Source of the DNA: Geosiphon pyriformis uo1
Taxonomy: Eukaryota > Fungi > Glomeromycota
Reading direction: 5' to 3'
Assembly (NCBI GenBank): GCA_016748015.1
Contig: JAAOMT010000479.1
Location: forward strand, 523,824 to 587,823
Length of the DNA stretch: 64,000 bases
Part shown: positions 13,703 to 26,899 of the stretch, in pieces
Layout: each line of letters opens with the position of its first letter
Numbering within the stretch: the stretch's first letter is position 1
The notes under the pieces: generated by a model
Told to the model about the DNA's origin: nothing
Seen by the model: the letters and a program-made list of their open reading frames with translations, nothing else
Databases searched by the model: none
Made by a program: the position numbers and the translations under genes

Positions 13703-15000
13703 TTTAATTATACCAAGTAAAAAAATTATTAAATTATTAATATTTACTTTTTTTTTAAGTATTTATTTAAAAATCTAAAAAAAATTTACTTTTATTACTA
13801 GTTTTAAATTTATTGTTTATTTTTACAGACTTTTTATTTTTTTTTAAAGTTAATTTTTATGTTATTGTATTTTTTAAAATTAGTTAAATTATTACTAAAT
13901 AATTTGTTAAAAAAAAAACTGTCTTATTTTCAAAGTTTTTAATATTTTTATCTATATTTTTTGGTTTTTGTGCAAAAATATTACCAATAAAATTATAAAT
14001 AATCTTTTTTGTTAACTTTTTCTTGGCCATAATACTATTAATAACAGCTTGTAGTTTCAATATAAAAGAATTAATGTTTTAAAAAACATTGAAAATATAA
14101 AACAGAAAAGCAAAAAACTTATTTTTAAAAAACTAATTTTTTTGGAAAATTTGAAATATAGAAGAAAAAAAGTTTTTTTATTACTTAATTATTAATAATT
14201 TTAATTAAATCAATCAATTTGGTATTTGTAATTAAAAATTTGCAAAAACTTTTTAAACCAATTTTTAAAAACAAATCTTTTATAAACAAATATATAAAAC
14301 TGGTTATTATACTTAGCTTTATAAAATATTTAAAATATTAGAAAAAATCAATAATAACTATTACCAAAACTTTTTACAAATCTAAATATTCTTGTAAGAT
14401 TTTATGCTTTATGAATTTGTCTTTTGGATATATAAATACATAAGTGAAAATTTTAATTTTATTATACTAAATACTTAACATATTAAGATAAAATATTTAT
14501 GTACTTTTTTCTAATTGTTACTAATAATTTTTCATAAATAACCGTTATAATATGTAGTGCAATTTAATTATAGCTTTATTAGTAAAACCAGAACCAAGAT
14601 AAACGTTTAGTGTTATTCAAGTTGAAATTAGCAAAAACAAACCATATTTAATAATTAACAATTAAGTTAATAATTTGGTTAATAATTAATTATAAAATAA
14701 TTATATAGCATATGTATAAAACATTTTTTTTACTGATGAATTTATATTTTAATGATATTTTATTATGTCGCATTATAAATTTATAAATATGTGAAATCAA
14801 TAATGCCTATTTATATAGCATAAATTAATTAATATTTATTACGGTTATTTTTATGTAAAATATTCAAGTTAAAAAAAATAATTCTTTAAAATATACTATA
14901 AAGATGAAAATTATTTATATTAAAAAAATAGAATAACAGTCATCAATTATAATTTGATAAATAAAAAATTTAAATGTTTGTAATTTTACTAAATAGCAAA
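13703..15000 (-). repeat. Hyper-AT relic; proximal part probably the 5' continuation of the old LINE split at about 6171
   Basis: Minus strand ...LLGIIK at about 13703-13720 plausibly joins (L)EILDEEEKK at 6171; extremely low GC. Confidence 0.4.
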
Positions 15001-15191
15001 AATTTTTGTGTCTGAGCAATCCATCTAATAGAAATTTTTGAGATTTGGGACGCTGCATCATCTCCTAGCGTCACCATCGTATTACTTGTTTCTACCTGTA
15101 AACCTCTACCCAATAAATAGCAGGCTACCGATATTTACTCCTGACCTCCAAAAGCACACCTTCACGATCACCTGCAAGTAGATAAAAAGCC

Positions 15192-18100
15192 ATGCCTAGA
15201 GGCATCCATACAAAGAGTTCAGGTGACTTTTTTGAAGTGGAAAGAATATTAGACGAAAGAGTTCAAAAGGGAGAAAGGCAATATTTATGTCAATGGAAAG
15301 GAATTGACCCTCAAACGAACCTTCCATGGGCTCCGACTTGGGTTTGTAGCTGGTTTTATTTTCATAATGTTACCTTGAGTAAAGTTTTGCTTAACTTAGC
15401 TTCACTCGAAATAGGAGCCTAAAAAAAATTGCACAAAAGCTTTGTTGAGGGAATGGAATAAAACAAAAAACCATATTGATATGGATGGTCATCAATCAGA
15501 AAATGACGAATTTCATCATGGACAAATTTACGAAGAAGTCCCAGATGTTATGGATGACGCTTCAACTATTGCTGGATCCCCAAAGACAACGGACTCGCGT
15601 GAATCTACAAAAGCTCCTTCTGTTACCAGCCAATCTGCGTCCCTTCCCGATCTAAGTATAAGTTTGGATCAGAGGGCTCCATTGACCGAAAAGAAGCAAG
15701 GACAGGTTGAAAACCGATGGCCTAAATATTACAATTTTCCAGGCGTAATACTTCCAGTAAAAAATAATTTTGAGAAGCCATGTATTCCTAGGGTACATGA
15801 CAGATCTAATTTGGATCCTAATTCCAATGTAATTGAGATATCAGATTCTGAGGATGAAGAACTAATATCTTCGAGCCAAAATTCTCTTCCTTTAGCTCAC
15901 AATATAAATATCCCGATGATGGTCGATACCGAAGTTGAAAGTCAAACAAGCTCTATTGGGCACCAAGCACTTATTTCTAGAGGGGTTAATGGAGATAGTT
16001 CTTCTATTAATATGGGTGGCAATAACGGAGGGCCATCAAGACAATTATCAAATAATCAAAGTCCCCAAAAACCACAACATTTCAACATTTTTGGGGTCAA
16101 GGATACAAACAAAGGGAAGGAACCAGCAACTGCTTCTACTTCAATGATATCATTTCAAACGAAGGGACAATATCCTATAAAAAAAAATTTTTTTATGATT
16201 CCAGTCCCAATGTCTTACTCTCAACGTAGACTTTACGTGCAATTGCTGAATGATAGAAGCGTAGCTCAACAACTGGAATCTAGTTCCCTTACAGAAACTG
16301 TCGACTTAAACACACCAATTCATAAGAAGTTGATTCAATTTAACGATCTTCTGGACAATCCAAGCCTCTTTTTGTCCTCTATGGAAGCTGCAACCCATAT
16401 GTTTTCTTCTTCAGACGAGGCGGGTAAATTAACAACTTTGCGCTTACTACTTCCATCAATCAACCCAGGAATTATTTATGCCATAGTTGTGAGGCCTGAA
16501 ATCATGGTATGTCTTTATTCTTTCGCAATTGATATAGTATTTTATACATTTCCTTGTTTCAATCCTTTATATGAAAAGCCAAGTGGCTTACCCAAATTTT
16601 TTGCATGCTTGATACGTGGGTCTTTCCCGCTAAATTTTTTTGGATTCATCAAGATTTATAACTCAGCACGTTTGCCTGATCTGGCGAAAATTGCTTTCAA
16701 TATTTCCTTTTTTAAATATGTTGCGTTTTTTCAAATGCAAAGATTAACGTAATTTCTGAGGCCTACGTGATTTAAAACCAACAAGACCTTTGAGCATTGG
16801 TCAAAGCCTAATGAATCTAGTGGTTAAGATCATTTAGATAATCATTAGACAAATTCGATGTTCCCTTGGTCGAACGATTGGCTTAATGACGATAGAAATC
16901 AGAATTTTACCAATCTTGCATTTCGAACGTAACTCTCTTTGGTCTACTTTCTGAGGTACAATGTAACTATTGTCTCGGATCGTAGGTCCAACCCTTTGGA
17001 GGTAGTTTCGTCGCATTGTTTTTTTCTTTTGAAAACAACCACGTCTACCATAATAAGAAACTAAGAGGGTTCTTAGAAAACGGGTAGTAATTAACAAAAG
17101 GTATTGTAATCCTTTTTACAGGAACTCATGAAAACGTTTTTGGCCCATATACAAATTCCTTATCGTGAATTCGGAGCCATGTCAAATCAAAATATTCAAC
17201 CTTCTCAAAACGGAGAAAATTTTGGCCTACACCTGTTCACTGCTGATTACATAGAAAATTCTCGGAATCTAGTAAGATAAAAATTATGGTTTAATTTTGT
17301 TTTATAATAAAGTAAACTTATTAAGGGTATTATCCTAATAAGACTTTATATCAAAGCCCCCATTCGATTTTGTCATTGCGTATGATTCCTCCTTTGATCT
17401 TTGTAAACTTTGGCTACATTCGGAACATCACATGGAGTTACCAATTCTACGCCTGGTAACCAAAAATTCCTCAGAACAAGCGTATATTTATATGCTACAA
17501 ATGTCTGATGACAGTTCACTGAGAAATTTGCGACTTATCGATTTGAAACGTATCCACGATTTCGGTATCAAAGTAGAGTGTGGTTATATAAAGGTTGGGT
17601 GGCAAAAGAATGAACTGGAATTAAAAGAAGTTGTTAAAAAAGTAATTGAATGGATACAGTCAAACTACCAAACCAATTTGAATTTCGGTATGGAGGAAGA
17701 GGTTAAAAAATGTTTGCAGAAAATAGTAATCCCAATAGTTCCAAGAATTCTCAGACCAAATTTCAATCAAGTAAATCAGATGCAAATTTACCAGTCGTCT
17801 CAAAGACAAAATCTTCCCAACTTCAATCAGCCACTGTTGGCCGTAGAGCCAAATATAAGACCTAGTGAGGATGAGGGTTCAATGAATTCTATCGGTGACA
17901 AACGTAAAGAGGTAAACATATCTTGTTGCACATCCCATCCTTTTCCTTAGTTCTCATTGCTTCTTTTTGATCACAAGTCTGGAAGAAACAAAGAATCCGT
18001 TAATGAGTCTGAAAATAAGGCTAAAAGAGCAAAAACGCAGTTTCCCTCTCATCCTGATGATCAGAGTACTATCCAAGTGTCTAGTTCCACATTAGCTTCA

Positions 18101-18892
18101 ACAGAAAGTCTGCTCCATCCTATTAGTCCAGCTGATAATGACCCAATTAAAACCCTTAAGCAACTGCTTAATAAAACATTGAAAGAGCTAGAAGAAAATA
18201 AAAAGGAATTGGCAAAGAAAAGTATCGAGCTTTCAAAATCTGAGATGGAAATCCAAAAATTAAGAGCTCAAGAGCAAGATGCTGCTAAAAAATCGGATCA
18301 GGAGAAACAACAGTTGAAAAATAAGGAAAGAAAAGCCACAGTAGAATTGAGAAAGGCCCATGAAATTATAAACAGAATGAAAGAAGAAGCTGGAGAGACG
18401 CAACAAGAATTACTAAAGGCGAGACGTGCAGCTGCTACATCCCGTCCTCCTTCATCTGCTTTGAAACACTCTGAATTACATGAACGAATAAGACACTTGG
18501 AAGTATTAAACCAGAACTTGAAGGATGATAAACAATACTTCAATTTGACTGGCTTGATGTTACAGGAGCAAAATCGCCTATCAGATGATTTAATTCGAAG
18601 AATGTGGGCGGAGAAAATAAAGGCAAACATGGAATCTTTGGCCACCCCTCCCTCTGATAATGGTGGCACTTCGATCACCCGTTCCTCCTTAGGTTTCCCC
18701 ACTGCTTTATCGCTTGAAACCGAGGCTTTCGTGTGTGAGTGGACTCTCGATGATGAAAGACAATGCGGAAAGCCGTACGAAACAAAAGAAGCTCTTCAAG
18801 CTCACGTTCGAGCCATACATTGTGGTGTTCCTTCATTTATAATGAAGAGGGATAGGCTTGTGTCAACAAACGTACCTGCACCATCTACATGA
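15192..18892 (+). CDS. Chromodomain protein with HDA1-complex subunit 2/3-like middle region, coiled coil and C-terminal C2H2 finger; exons about 15192-15341, 15415-16506, 17122-17271, 17357-17911, 17978-18892
   Basis: Chromo FEVERILDERVQKGERQYLCQWKG...PTW|EPKKNC; GT-AG phase-0 introns; FDFVIAYDSSFD...PILRLVTKNSSEQ (HDA2/3-like, inferred); CEW...QCGKPYETKEALQAHVRAIH. Confidence 0.85.
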
Positions 18893-19651
18893 AATTTTAT
18901 TCTTACCTGTTCATAAAACAATGACAATGTTCCACAAGATTAAAAATTGAAATGAACCATTTCATGATTACTTTTTTGTCGAGAAACCATATATTGGTTT
19001 TTCGCAATGAGAATTATTGTGAAGGTACCTGTAATCCCCTCTTTTATCAGATGCCCTCGATGAGATCTAAGGTATTTGCATAATTTCTACATCTTAAAAG
19101 GAAAGATTTGCGTGTTTTTTATTTTATTTAGAAAGAACCTGTCTAGAAATTTCTAAAATACATCATGTGATTTTACAAATTTATCTGGAAAATAAATATT
19201 AATGCTTGGCCTTTTAATTTTATTTCATTATTTTGGCTTTTGGTAAAGGGAATATTCAAAAGTATTATAAAGTTTTTGATGTCTAAAAATTCAAGGCCCA
19301 TATCCGTAAATGTCGAATCGTTGCAAATTTTATTTTATATATCACTTTTATTTATATTAAAATGGTTAGATTCAAAATCAATTAAATATTCGTACTTTCA
19401 TTTTTCAATAAAATATCCAAGTTTCTTGGTATGTGAGAGTTGGAATTGTAAAGATTTTTATTCGGATTCATCTTTCTTTTGGTTCGGCTGCTCTTGTTGC
19501 TCCTGCTGATTAAGTATGTAAACATACTATATTGGAAATCTTTTTATGTAGGTTGTGAATCAAATGTATGTATAAGGTGAGAGACTATTTTACGAGATAA
19601 TTTGGTTTAATATTTACGGTTGGAGGTATTTATGAGCGTGAATGGATTTTT

Positions 19652-21088
19652 TTATCGGAACTCAAAGGATGGGAAGGAATTGTCAGGAGTATGTTGCAAT
19701 TTTAATTCTTGGAACCTGTGAGCGATAAAAAAGTTTACAATAGAGCAATGTTAAAAGGAATTTGAAATTTTCTAGAATATGAAAATCCCATAAATCACCA
19801 ATTTATTTAAGTGCAGCGTATTCACACTCACCATTCAGAGTTTTTATGGAAGTAGAAGCCAGTAATCACACCAGTGCTTAATTGATAACAAATGTAATAA
19901 AACCCAGCAAAACTAGCGCCATTTATAGTCTTTACACGATGATCAGGAACCAAGAAATGTTCTTTCCATCGCATGAAGATGAAGTCTTTGTTATGAAAAT
20001 CATAAATAAAGTTATCTTTCTTCATGTGTTTTTGAATTGGACGGAATGCAGGGAAGCGCGTCTACAATTTCGAGATTTGATAATTAGTAATGAAAATTGC
20101 AATTTTATATCATCTGTTTTTGAAATATTAGCAGGATAAAACTTACCCAATGTTGAACATCTATCTTGTCATTAGCATCCCACTTTTTAGTGAGGAAAGA
20201 ATACTTCTTACCAATGATTTCAGCCTCAAAAAAAGTGGTTAATTCTGGATAATCTTCAGTGAGGCCTTTGATGTGAAGATAGCCACATAAAAATGATTCG
20301 GCGAGATCGACGTGCTGTTAAGTTTTAAATTTAATATGAAAATAAGTAATACCGAATATCAAAAAAATCAGGCTAATTGATGGCTACATCGACGAAGGAG
20401 ATTCTTTAAAACGTTGACCTAAAATCGGCCTTTTTTATTCAATAGCTCTAGAACATTCTTTGTAAGCAAATAATTTTCATCGGGCTCATTTTGTCATGAT
20501 CGAATTCTTTACTAACGTCGATCTCTCCCTGCGATGTCGATCTCAAAGTTCATAATCGGCAAGAAATATTGTCGTTCAAGTTTCCATATTCGTTCATTTC
20601 TTCACACACATCCGATGAGCCATTGCAATAGTGATTTATCATATGTCATTTAATTTGACACTAACTAGAAGTCCATGAAACCCTCTCTAATTTAGTTCAG
20701 GACGTACCTGAATATGAACGGCAACCTCGTAACTACTCCTTCCGCTACGCTGCTCCCCACGAAACTTGGAACCAGAATAAAGTGAACAAGTGGTAGTCGG
20801 CAGTAGCCGAACCGAGGATGTTTCTGTGGTTAATGACAAGCGTTGCCGTCGTTTTTGCAAGAGTTGTTCCTGTTTTAAACGTTCTTGGTACTTTCTTTGT
20901 TGTTCATAATAGTGTTTGTGAGAAGGATCGCGACACAGGCCATTTCCATCCACACCGAAACATTTAATGTCTTGGGTGGTATTTGTGGGAGTGGTTACCA
21001 CTGTTCCAACTGCCCCGATTATCGAGTTTATCGCGGATGGAGCAGAAGTAGGATCGGAAAAGATTACGGGGTTAGAGAAAACTGGCAT
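19652..21088 (-). CDS. GID4: GID complex substrate receptor Gid4/Vid24; exons 21088-20708, 20314-20147, 20061-19832, 19715-19652
   Basis: [69 protein letters not shown], ends FEFR*; canonical GT-AG introns in consistent phase. Confidence 0.95.
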
Positions 21089-21760
21089 TATGTGTGAGCT
21101 CGTTTTAGATATCGATATAAGCTGTGGGAAAAATACGGAAAAAGGGTAATGTATTCTTAAAACCGGTGGGTGGTTTGGCGTGATATATCTATATGGGAGG
21201 TGTGTACGTAAGGCTACCTTTTATGAAAAGAAAAAAAAATTTTCGGCAAGTTTTTTTAACTTCTACTTTAAGTTTTGAATAATATTACGTATCAGGTATG
21301 CAAGCTTCCAAGTTAAAAATATAAAAATGATGTAATGATATCAGCTATGTACGGAACTAGTATATAATGTGTATTTTGAAGAGAAAAAAAGGCAAACGGC
21401 AAAGTTACTCCTTTCGCTTGAAAACAAAAGGCTGATTTTTGAATGATAGCTGTGAATCTATACAAGAAGCGTTGAAAATTTGGGGAGGGGGGGAAGAAAA
21501 ATAAAAAGTAAATTTTCTGTGTCAAGGGAAATTATACACAATATATATATTGAACAATGAAAAAAATATATATTCAGGAGTCTTTGGCCTATATTTTAAA
21601 TATAATTAAATCGCAAAAATGAATTAGCAAGAGAGCGAGTAAGAGAAAACGAGAGCAAAAGGGAAAAAAGAAAGACAAAAGGTTAGAAATATTGATTAAG
21701 TCTTTGAGTGGAAATTTTTGAAATCAAAAAAAGAAACGATTTTGATTGATATTACTTGTT

Positions 21761-22630
21761 TTAAGTTATTAGATTAGAATATATTGGTATGCTGGGACAA
21801 AGGGAGCATGTGATGTAAACATCTTTTTTTTGTATTGGCCATATTCGGCTTAACATTCTCTCGCCTTCTGGGAAAATCTTATATTTCCCACTCCTAAGAT
21901 TCCTTATAATATCAACATTTAACTCAAATCCTGGCTCTTGTCCAGTATATACATAAATACTCCCTTGACGCAATTGAGGGAGATAAAGTCTTTGTTTCAA
22001 AGTCGATCGGTCATGAATGCAAAGTTTTGAACTATCTCACCCATCGTTGGCAAGTCAGGACACAAAGTTGACCACCCATGAAAGCAAAGTTCGACAGTCC
22101 TCCCTCTTGATTGAATTTTGATAGTCAAACCTCATTCCTAGAAACCTTTGAAAGCAGTCTAACTGGGAGGATATGAGAGTGGTGATCGTAATGTTCAAAT
22201 GGTATGTTATCTTTGGACCTATTCAGGTGACAAGGAAATACATAGCCATGGAAATAGTCTCATTTACTTTGCTTATTTCTCCTCCTTTCATAAAAGATAA
22301 GGCCGTTCAGGCTACTGTGGTTAAACGGTTAGAAAATTTTACAGATGTACAAGTAAGCGTTTGGTATAATTTAATTTTGGATTTAGTTCGTATAATAGCT
22401 TTGATTTTTATATCTAAGATCCTTTATATAGAGGATTTTAATTCAAATGACGAATCAGGGGTAGGTTCAGATTATTATCTGCTGGATATTTGGATATTGC
22501 CATCTGGTAAATTTACTTTTGAAGTGATTCTTGATCCTCCAAATATCCACAAACAGTGTTAAGTTTTATGTTTTCTTCATGTCTTCGATCTATTTGAGCA
22601 ATTGTACAAAAGCCCTAATGAATCATGCAA
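21761..22630 (-). pseudogene. Possible decayed gene relic (tentatively lipase class 3-like)
   Basis: Coding-like composition with CpGs retained, broken minus-strand frames; no intact GxSxG motif seen. Confidence 0.2.
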
Positions 22631-23140
22631 GAAGTTAGGAACGAACATTTAATATCTGAAAATTTCAATTTATACTCTGGTTTAAAAGATCTCATCAATG
22701 CCCCTTTTTAAATATTGTAATTTTAAATTAACATATGGTTTTAATGAAAATATTTTTTATTTACTTATTTTTATTTTAATTAATTAATAACAGAACTCAT
22801 TGTCTGAGAACAGAAAATATCTTAAATTTTGATTATGAAAACAATCCAAATTATTAAAAAAGACATTACAGAAAAATTTTGATATAAAAATACAACTTTC
22901 AAAATTTCAAAATTAATAAAAAAAATTAAGCTCAAAATTTTTATTTTAATTGATTTACATATTCACAATTTTGAATAATAAAATATAATAATTAAAACCT
23001 TTTTTTACAATTTGTAACGTTTACAAAAAATCTTGGACATATATGTATTAGTAACATGATCATCATAGAATTTGCTAATCACATGTTTCATGTCTATTTA
23101 ATAAATTCCACTGTAAGTTTGTATGTTAAACTTTTGTTTA

Positions 23141-23946
23141 ATGCCTTCACCTCATCTTTACCTCCCTTCCTTGGAGCCACGGTCTGTGGTTTACACTTGG
23201 TATCATAAAGCGATAATAAATGAGGCTGCTGACTTGGATAAAGAGGAAAGGGAATATGAAGCTTCGGTTTGTGTGTTAAACAGTCTTATATAGTTAAAGT
23301 TGACTCTTTCACTTGAAACAGATCAACGTGAAGGTGTTCACCTTTTTATCATATTAATGAGCACAAAAAATTTGGTTATAAAAGCTGGCAACAATAAAGA
23401 ATAATAACAAAAAATGTGCAATTCCAGGCTGGATTAAACATAAAAATCGTAATGATGACTCGGTAATATTTGAAAAAACTGGATTTTCTTTCTGCCAATA
23501 GAATTATATTTGATTTATACTGAAAAATCAATTAGGATGATGACGCTTTAGATCAGGGAGATGGCTCAGAGGAAGAGGATGACCATGACGGCGAGGATGA
23601 AGATGATGATGACGAAGATGAAATTCCCGAGGTAGAAGACGAAGAAGCTGATGATGATGAAGCAGAAGATGAGGAAGCAGATGAAATGGAAGATGAAGAT
23701 GACGATGATTTAACAGGAACTCACACTCAGCATCATCTTCGTGATTTAGATGATGAAGGGCCAATGTTTTCAGACGAAGATTTAATGAATCCACCAGAAA
23801 ACTCGATTAATGCAATAGGCTCTTCAGATATTATTTCAACTATTAATCCTGCTGACAATGACATGGATTTGTCGGAACATGCTGTATTTCTCGCGATGGG
23901 TGCCGAGCAATACACTACAAGTCATAATCTCGACGATGATTTCTGA
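23141..23946 (+). CDS. ANAPC15: Anaphase-promoting complex subunit 15-like; exons 23141-23266, 23322-23333, 23385-23462, 23536-23946
   Basis: Spliced protein MPSPHLYLPSLEPRSVVYTWY...LDKEEREYEAS-INVK-LATIKNNNKKCAIPG followed by a long D/E tail, matching the APC15 pattern (PSL.PR...W, helical E-rich segment, acidic tail). Confidence 0.75.
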
Positions 23947-24974
23947 AGTAAATTCTTTTGCTATAATGGGAAGTTAGTTAGAGCAAAAACATTAAATCAT
24001 TCATGGAAAAATACAAGCTCTATTGGATCTTGAAGATTGTATATAGAAATTTAGGATCACAAAGAAACAAGATCATTAATAATCTTGGGTTCGTAATATG
24101 GTCATATAACATTGATAAAAGGGCTTTATGGTGCCCAAAGGCTCACAAACTGGAAGTATTTGTAGCACTACATTTGCCAATTCTAGACCACAATAATCAA
24201 CAGATTTCCTTTTTCGTATCTTTGAGTTACTCACGTCATCCATTTTTATGGTTACTGATGACGTATAAGTCATATTCCACCAATAAAAAGTTCACGCTGA
24301 GCTAGAAACACAATGTTGAGACTATAGGCGAACATACTTTGTACGCTCAAATATTTCTTAATTTTTTTATACTGATCTCAGTTTTCAAGTAATTCCTTAA
24401 CTTTCACACACTGAAAAACGAAAAAAGTTTTACTTTTCAAAAACCTACGCAACTGACATTGCAAACGGGGACTTTTTTTTTCTTTGACGATTCAACGGAA
24501 AAAACTTACCTCAAAAAACCTTCCGTCAAATCGATTTCTAAAAACTTGTTTTCACACTTTTACACAGCCCAAATCAATCCCGTTCGATTCACTGAGACTT
24601 CTTTTTCTGAAGACCCACCTTATTCAAGACAATCTGGACTTCCTTTAGTGCTCTTTTTAACTTGGAAAACATAAAAGGGCTGCCCTTAATCTTTGCAGAC
24701 AAATTTCCAAACCTTTTCTTTCAATCGGCTGCAATTTTTGACTGTGTTCCTCGTACCGTTCCCACATCACAAAACCTTGTTACCCTATTGTGTGGCTTTA
24801 TTTTTCTTAGGTGAGGATTGAGAAAGCAAACCATTAATCAAAGTTTAGTTTTATCTGTTATAGACTGGTAGAGGCATACCTTAGATTAAAGTTTAACAGT
24901 TAAAGTTACCCATTTAATTTTGCTTTTCAGTATTTATTGCAAGCTTTACACCATAAACAAGGTAAATAAAAGGA

Positions 24975-26508
24975 ATGGAATCGGCTTGGACAAAACGCAG
25001 GTAGGAAAAATATTAATTTCTGGGATACTTTTTTGGTTTTTTCTATGCCCCACTCAATAGAGTTTATGTAGGGAGTCTATGGATGAGCTCAAAGCTCTAT
25101 CCCAAGGGATAGATTAAAAATAGTTTGTTCCCCAAACTCGAAATTAATTTGAATATTTGTTTCATTTAATCAATTTCGGAATATTCCAATGCATAATCGT
25201 ATTTAATGGCTTTTAATTTACGCAGCAGCAATCGCTTAACTGTGAACACTGATCATAATGGTGCCACCACAACTACAACTACAAGTGCAACAGTCACTAC
25301 TCCAACTTCCAACACTACCTCCACCAAACTTATTCAACTTAAGCGCACAAACTCCCCTAATGGAAACATGGCAACTTCAACTGTTATACTAACACCTACA
25401 ACACCTGGCGCGGTGTTGGGAAGTGCTGGTGGTGGAGTTGGAGTTGGATACTTTGGCAAGCACCGTGGGAGTATCGGAGGTGGGGTCGGCGGCGTCGGTA
25501 TAACTGGTGATGAAAAACAAAACAAAGAAAAAGAGAATGGGAGTAGTGTTGTCGTTAATGCTACTGTGGCCAATGGATTGGTGGTTGGGCTGACACGTCA
25601 ACAATTCACACCAAGTCCGACGAGCGATATTCATCCACTTCATTTTACCTGGGTGTTTTGGTTCATGCATCGTACACCTGGCAGTAAAATATTGAATTAT
25701 GAGAGTTCGATGAAGAAGATTGCAGCCTTTTCTTCGGTGGGTTGAGAATAAATTTCCGGGTACGGACAATCAAGTTATTCTTCACCACTCGAAAATTTGA
25801 AAATTGATCCGATACATTTTTACCTTCATAAAACAAAAAATAATTAGATTGAGGACTTCTGGAAGGTCTACAGTCATCTTCGGAGGCCCAATGAATTACC
25901 AAATATTAGCGATTATCATCTTTTCAAACAGGGTGTCAGGCCTGTGTGGGAGGTAGGTTAAAATTGCAACGAAAAATGTGAAAAATTATCTTTACTCAAT
26001 TAACTGTCTCCTTTAGGATGAAACCAACATTAATGGTGGGAAATGGATTGTTAGATTAAAGAAAGGGTTGGCTAGCCGATATTGGGAAAGTTTGGTACGC
26101 TAACGCCAAGATTTTGTAAACTATCTATCTAAATTCTTTAACCTTTATTTATTGTGTATCATTGATTTTGGTTGCTAAAGGTCATGGCGGTCATCGGTGA
26201 CCAGTTTGATGTTGGGACAGAAATATGTGGAGCGGTTTTGTCTATCCGTAGTTCGGAGGATATCTTGTCCTTGTGGACTCAATCTGCTAACGAAGGAAGA
26301 ATTAATAGAAAAATAAGGTTGGGATTTTTTTTGTTATTAAAATGTTTGGTATACTTCAGATTACTGAAGTATTCATGACTGATCAATTTTCAGAGATACA
26401 ATGAAAAGAGTGTTGAGTCTTCCACCGGACACAATTCTGGAATATAAGACGCACAATAATGCATTGAAAGATAATTCTAGTTTTAGAAATACTGATGTTT
26501 TCCGATGA
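24975..26508 (+). CDS. EIF4E2: eIF4E family class II (4EHP); exons 24975-25000, 25226-25736, 25848-25952, 26017-26094, 26181-26317, 26394-26508
   Basis: HPLHFTWVFWF, NYESS (Tyr in place of the cap-binding Trp), SIEDFW, DYHLFKQGVRPVWED, GGKWIVRLKKGLASRYWE, YKTH...DNSSFRNT; consistent intron phases. Confidence 0.92.
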
Positions 26509-26899
26509 ACTATTAAATTCAAAAATCAGAGACACTTGATCTAAGGGATATTCTTTGAATGCCGAAAATTAAGGCGGAAAAGATTACATTTATCAAGTCA
26601 TTCAAGAGTGATATTGATAATATAGGGAAATTTAATGGTTTTCCATTACTATGGCTAGTGTATAAGAAAGTGATCTTGTCTTTTGACCTTTCGATATTTT
26701 GCTTGTGATTTATTTCAACGCGATGAAAGTAAAGGGGAATTCTTGCCCATCCTGAGTGGCACGCTTAGTTGATTAATTATGATTCATGCATCATCCTGGT
26801 TTTCATATTTTGAAAACCGGGTGTGTTAATTTGATTGGAAGTACAAATCATTGTGACGTTTAATTCTGAATTGTTTCTAGAAAATGTTGAACCTCGGAT

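Noticed and set aside
16507-16752. C-terminal part of the 436-aa ORF
   Set aside because: Read-through into the intron after the GTATGT donor at 16507.
16880-16956. C/D box snoRNA in the 615-nt intron (ATGACGA...CTGA)
   Set aside because: Imperfect C box, no clear terminal stem, no rRNA-complementary guide recognised.
18298-25902. Antisense ORFs overlapping host genes (18298, 20885, 23528, 25334, 25389 and others)
   Set aside because: Shadows of real exons on the opposite strand.
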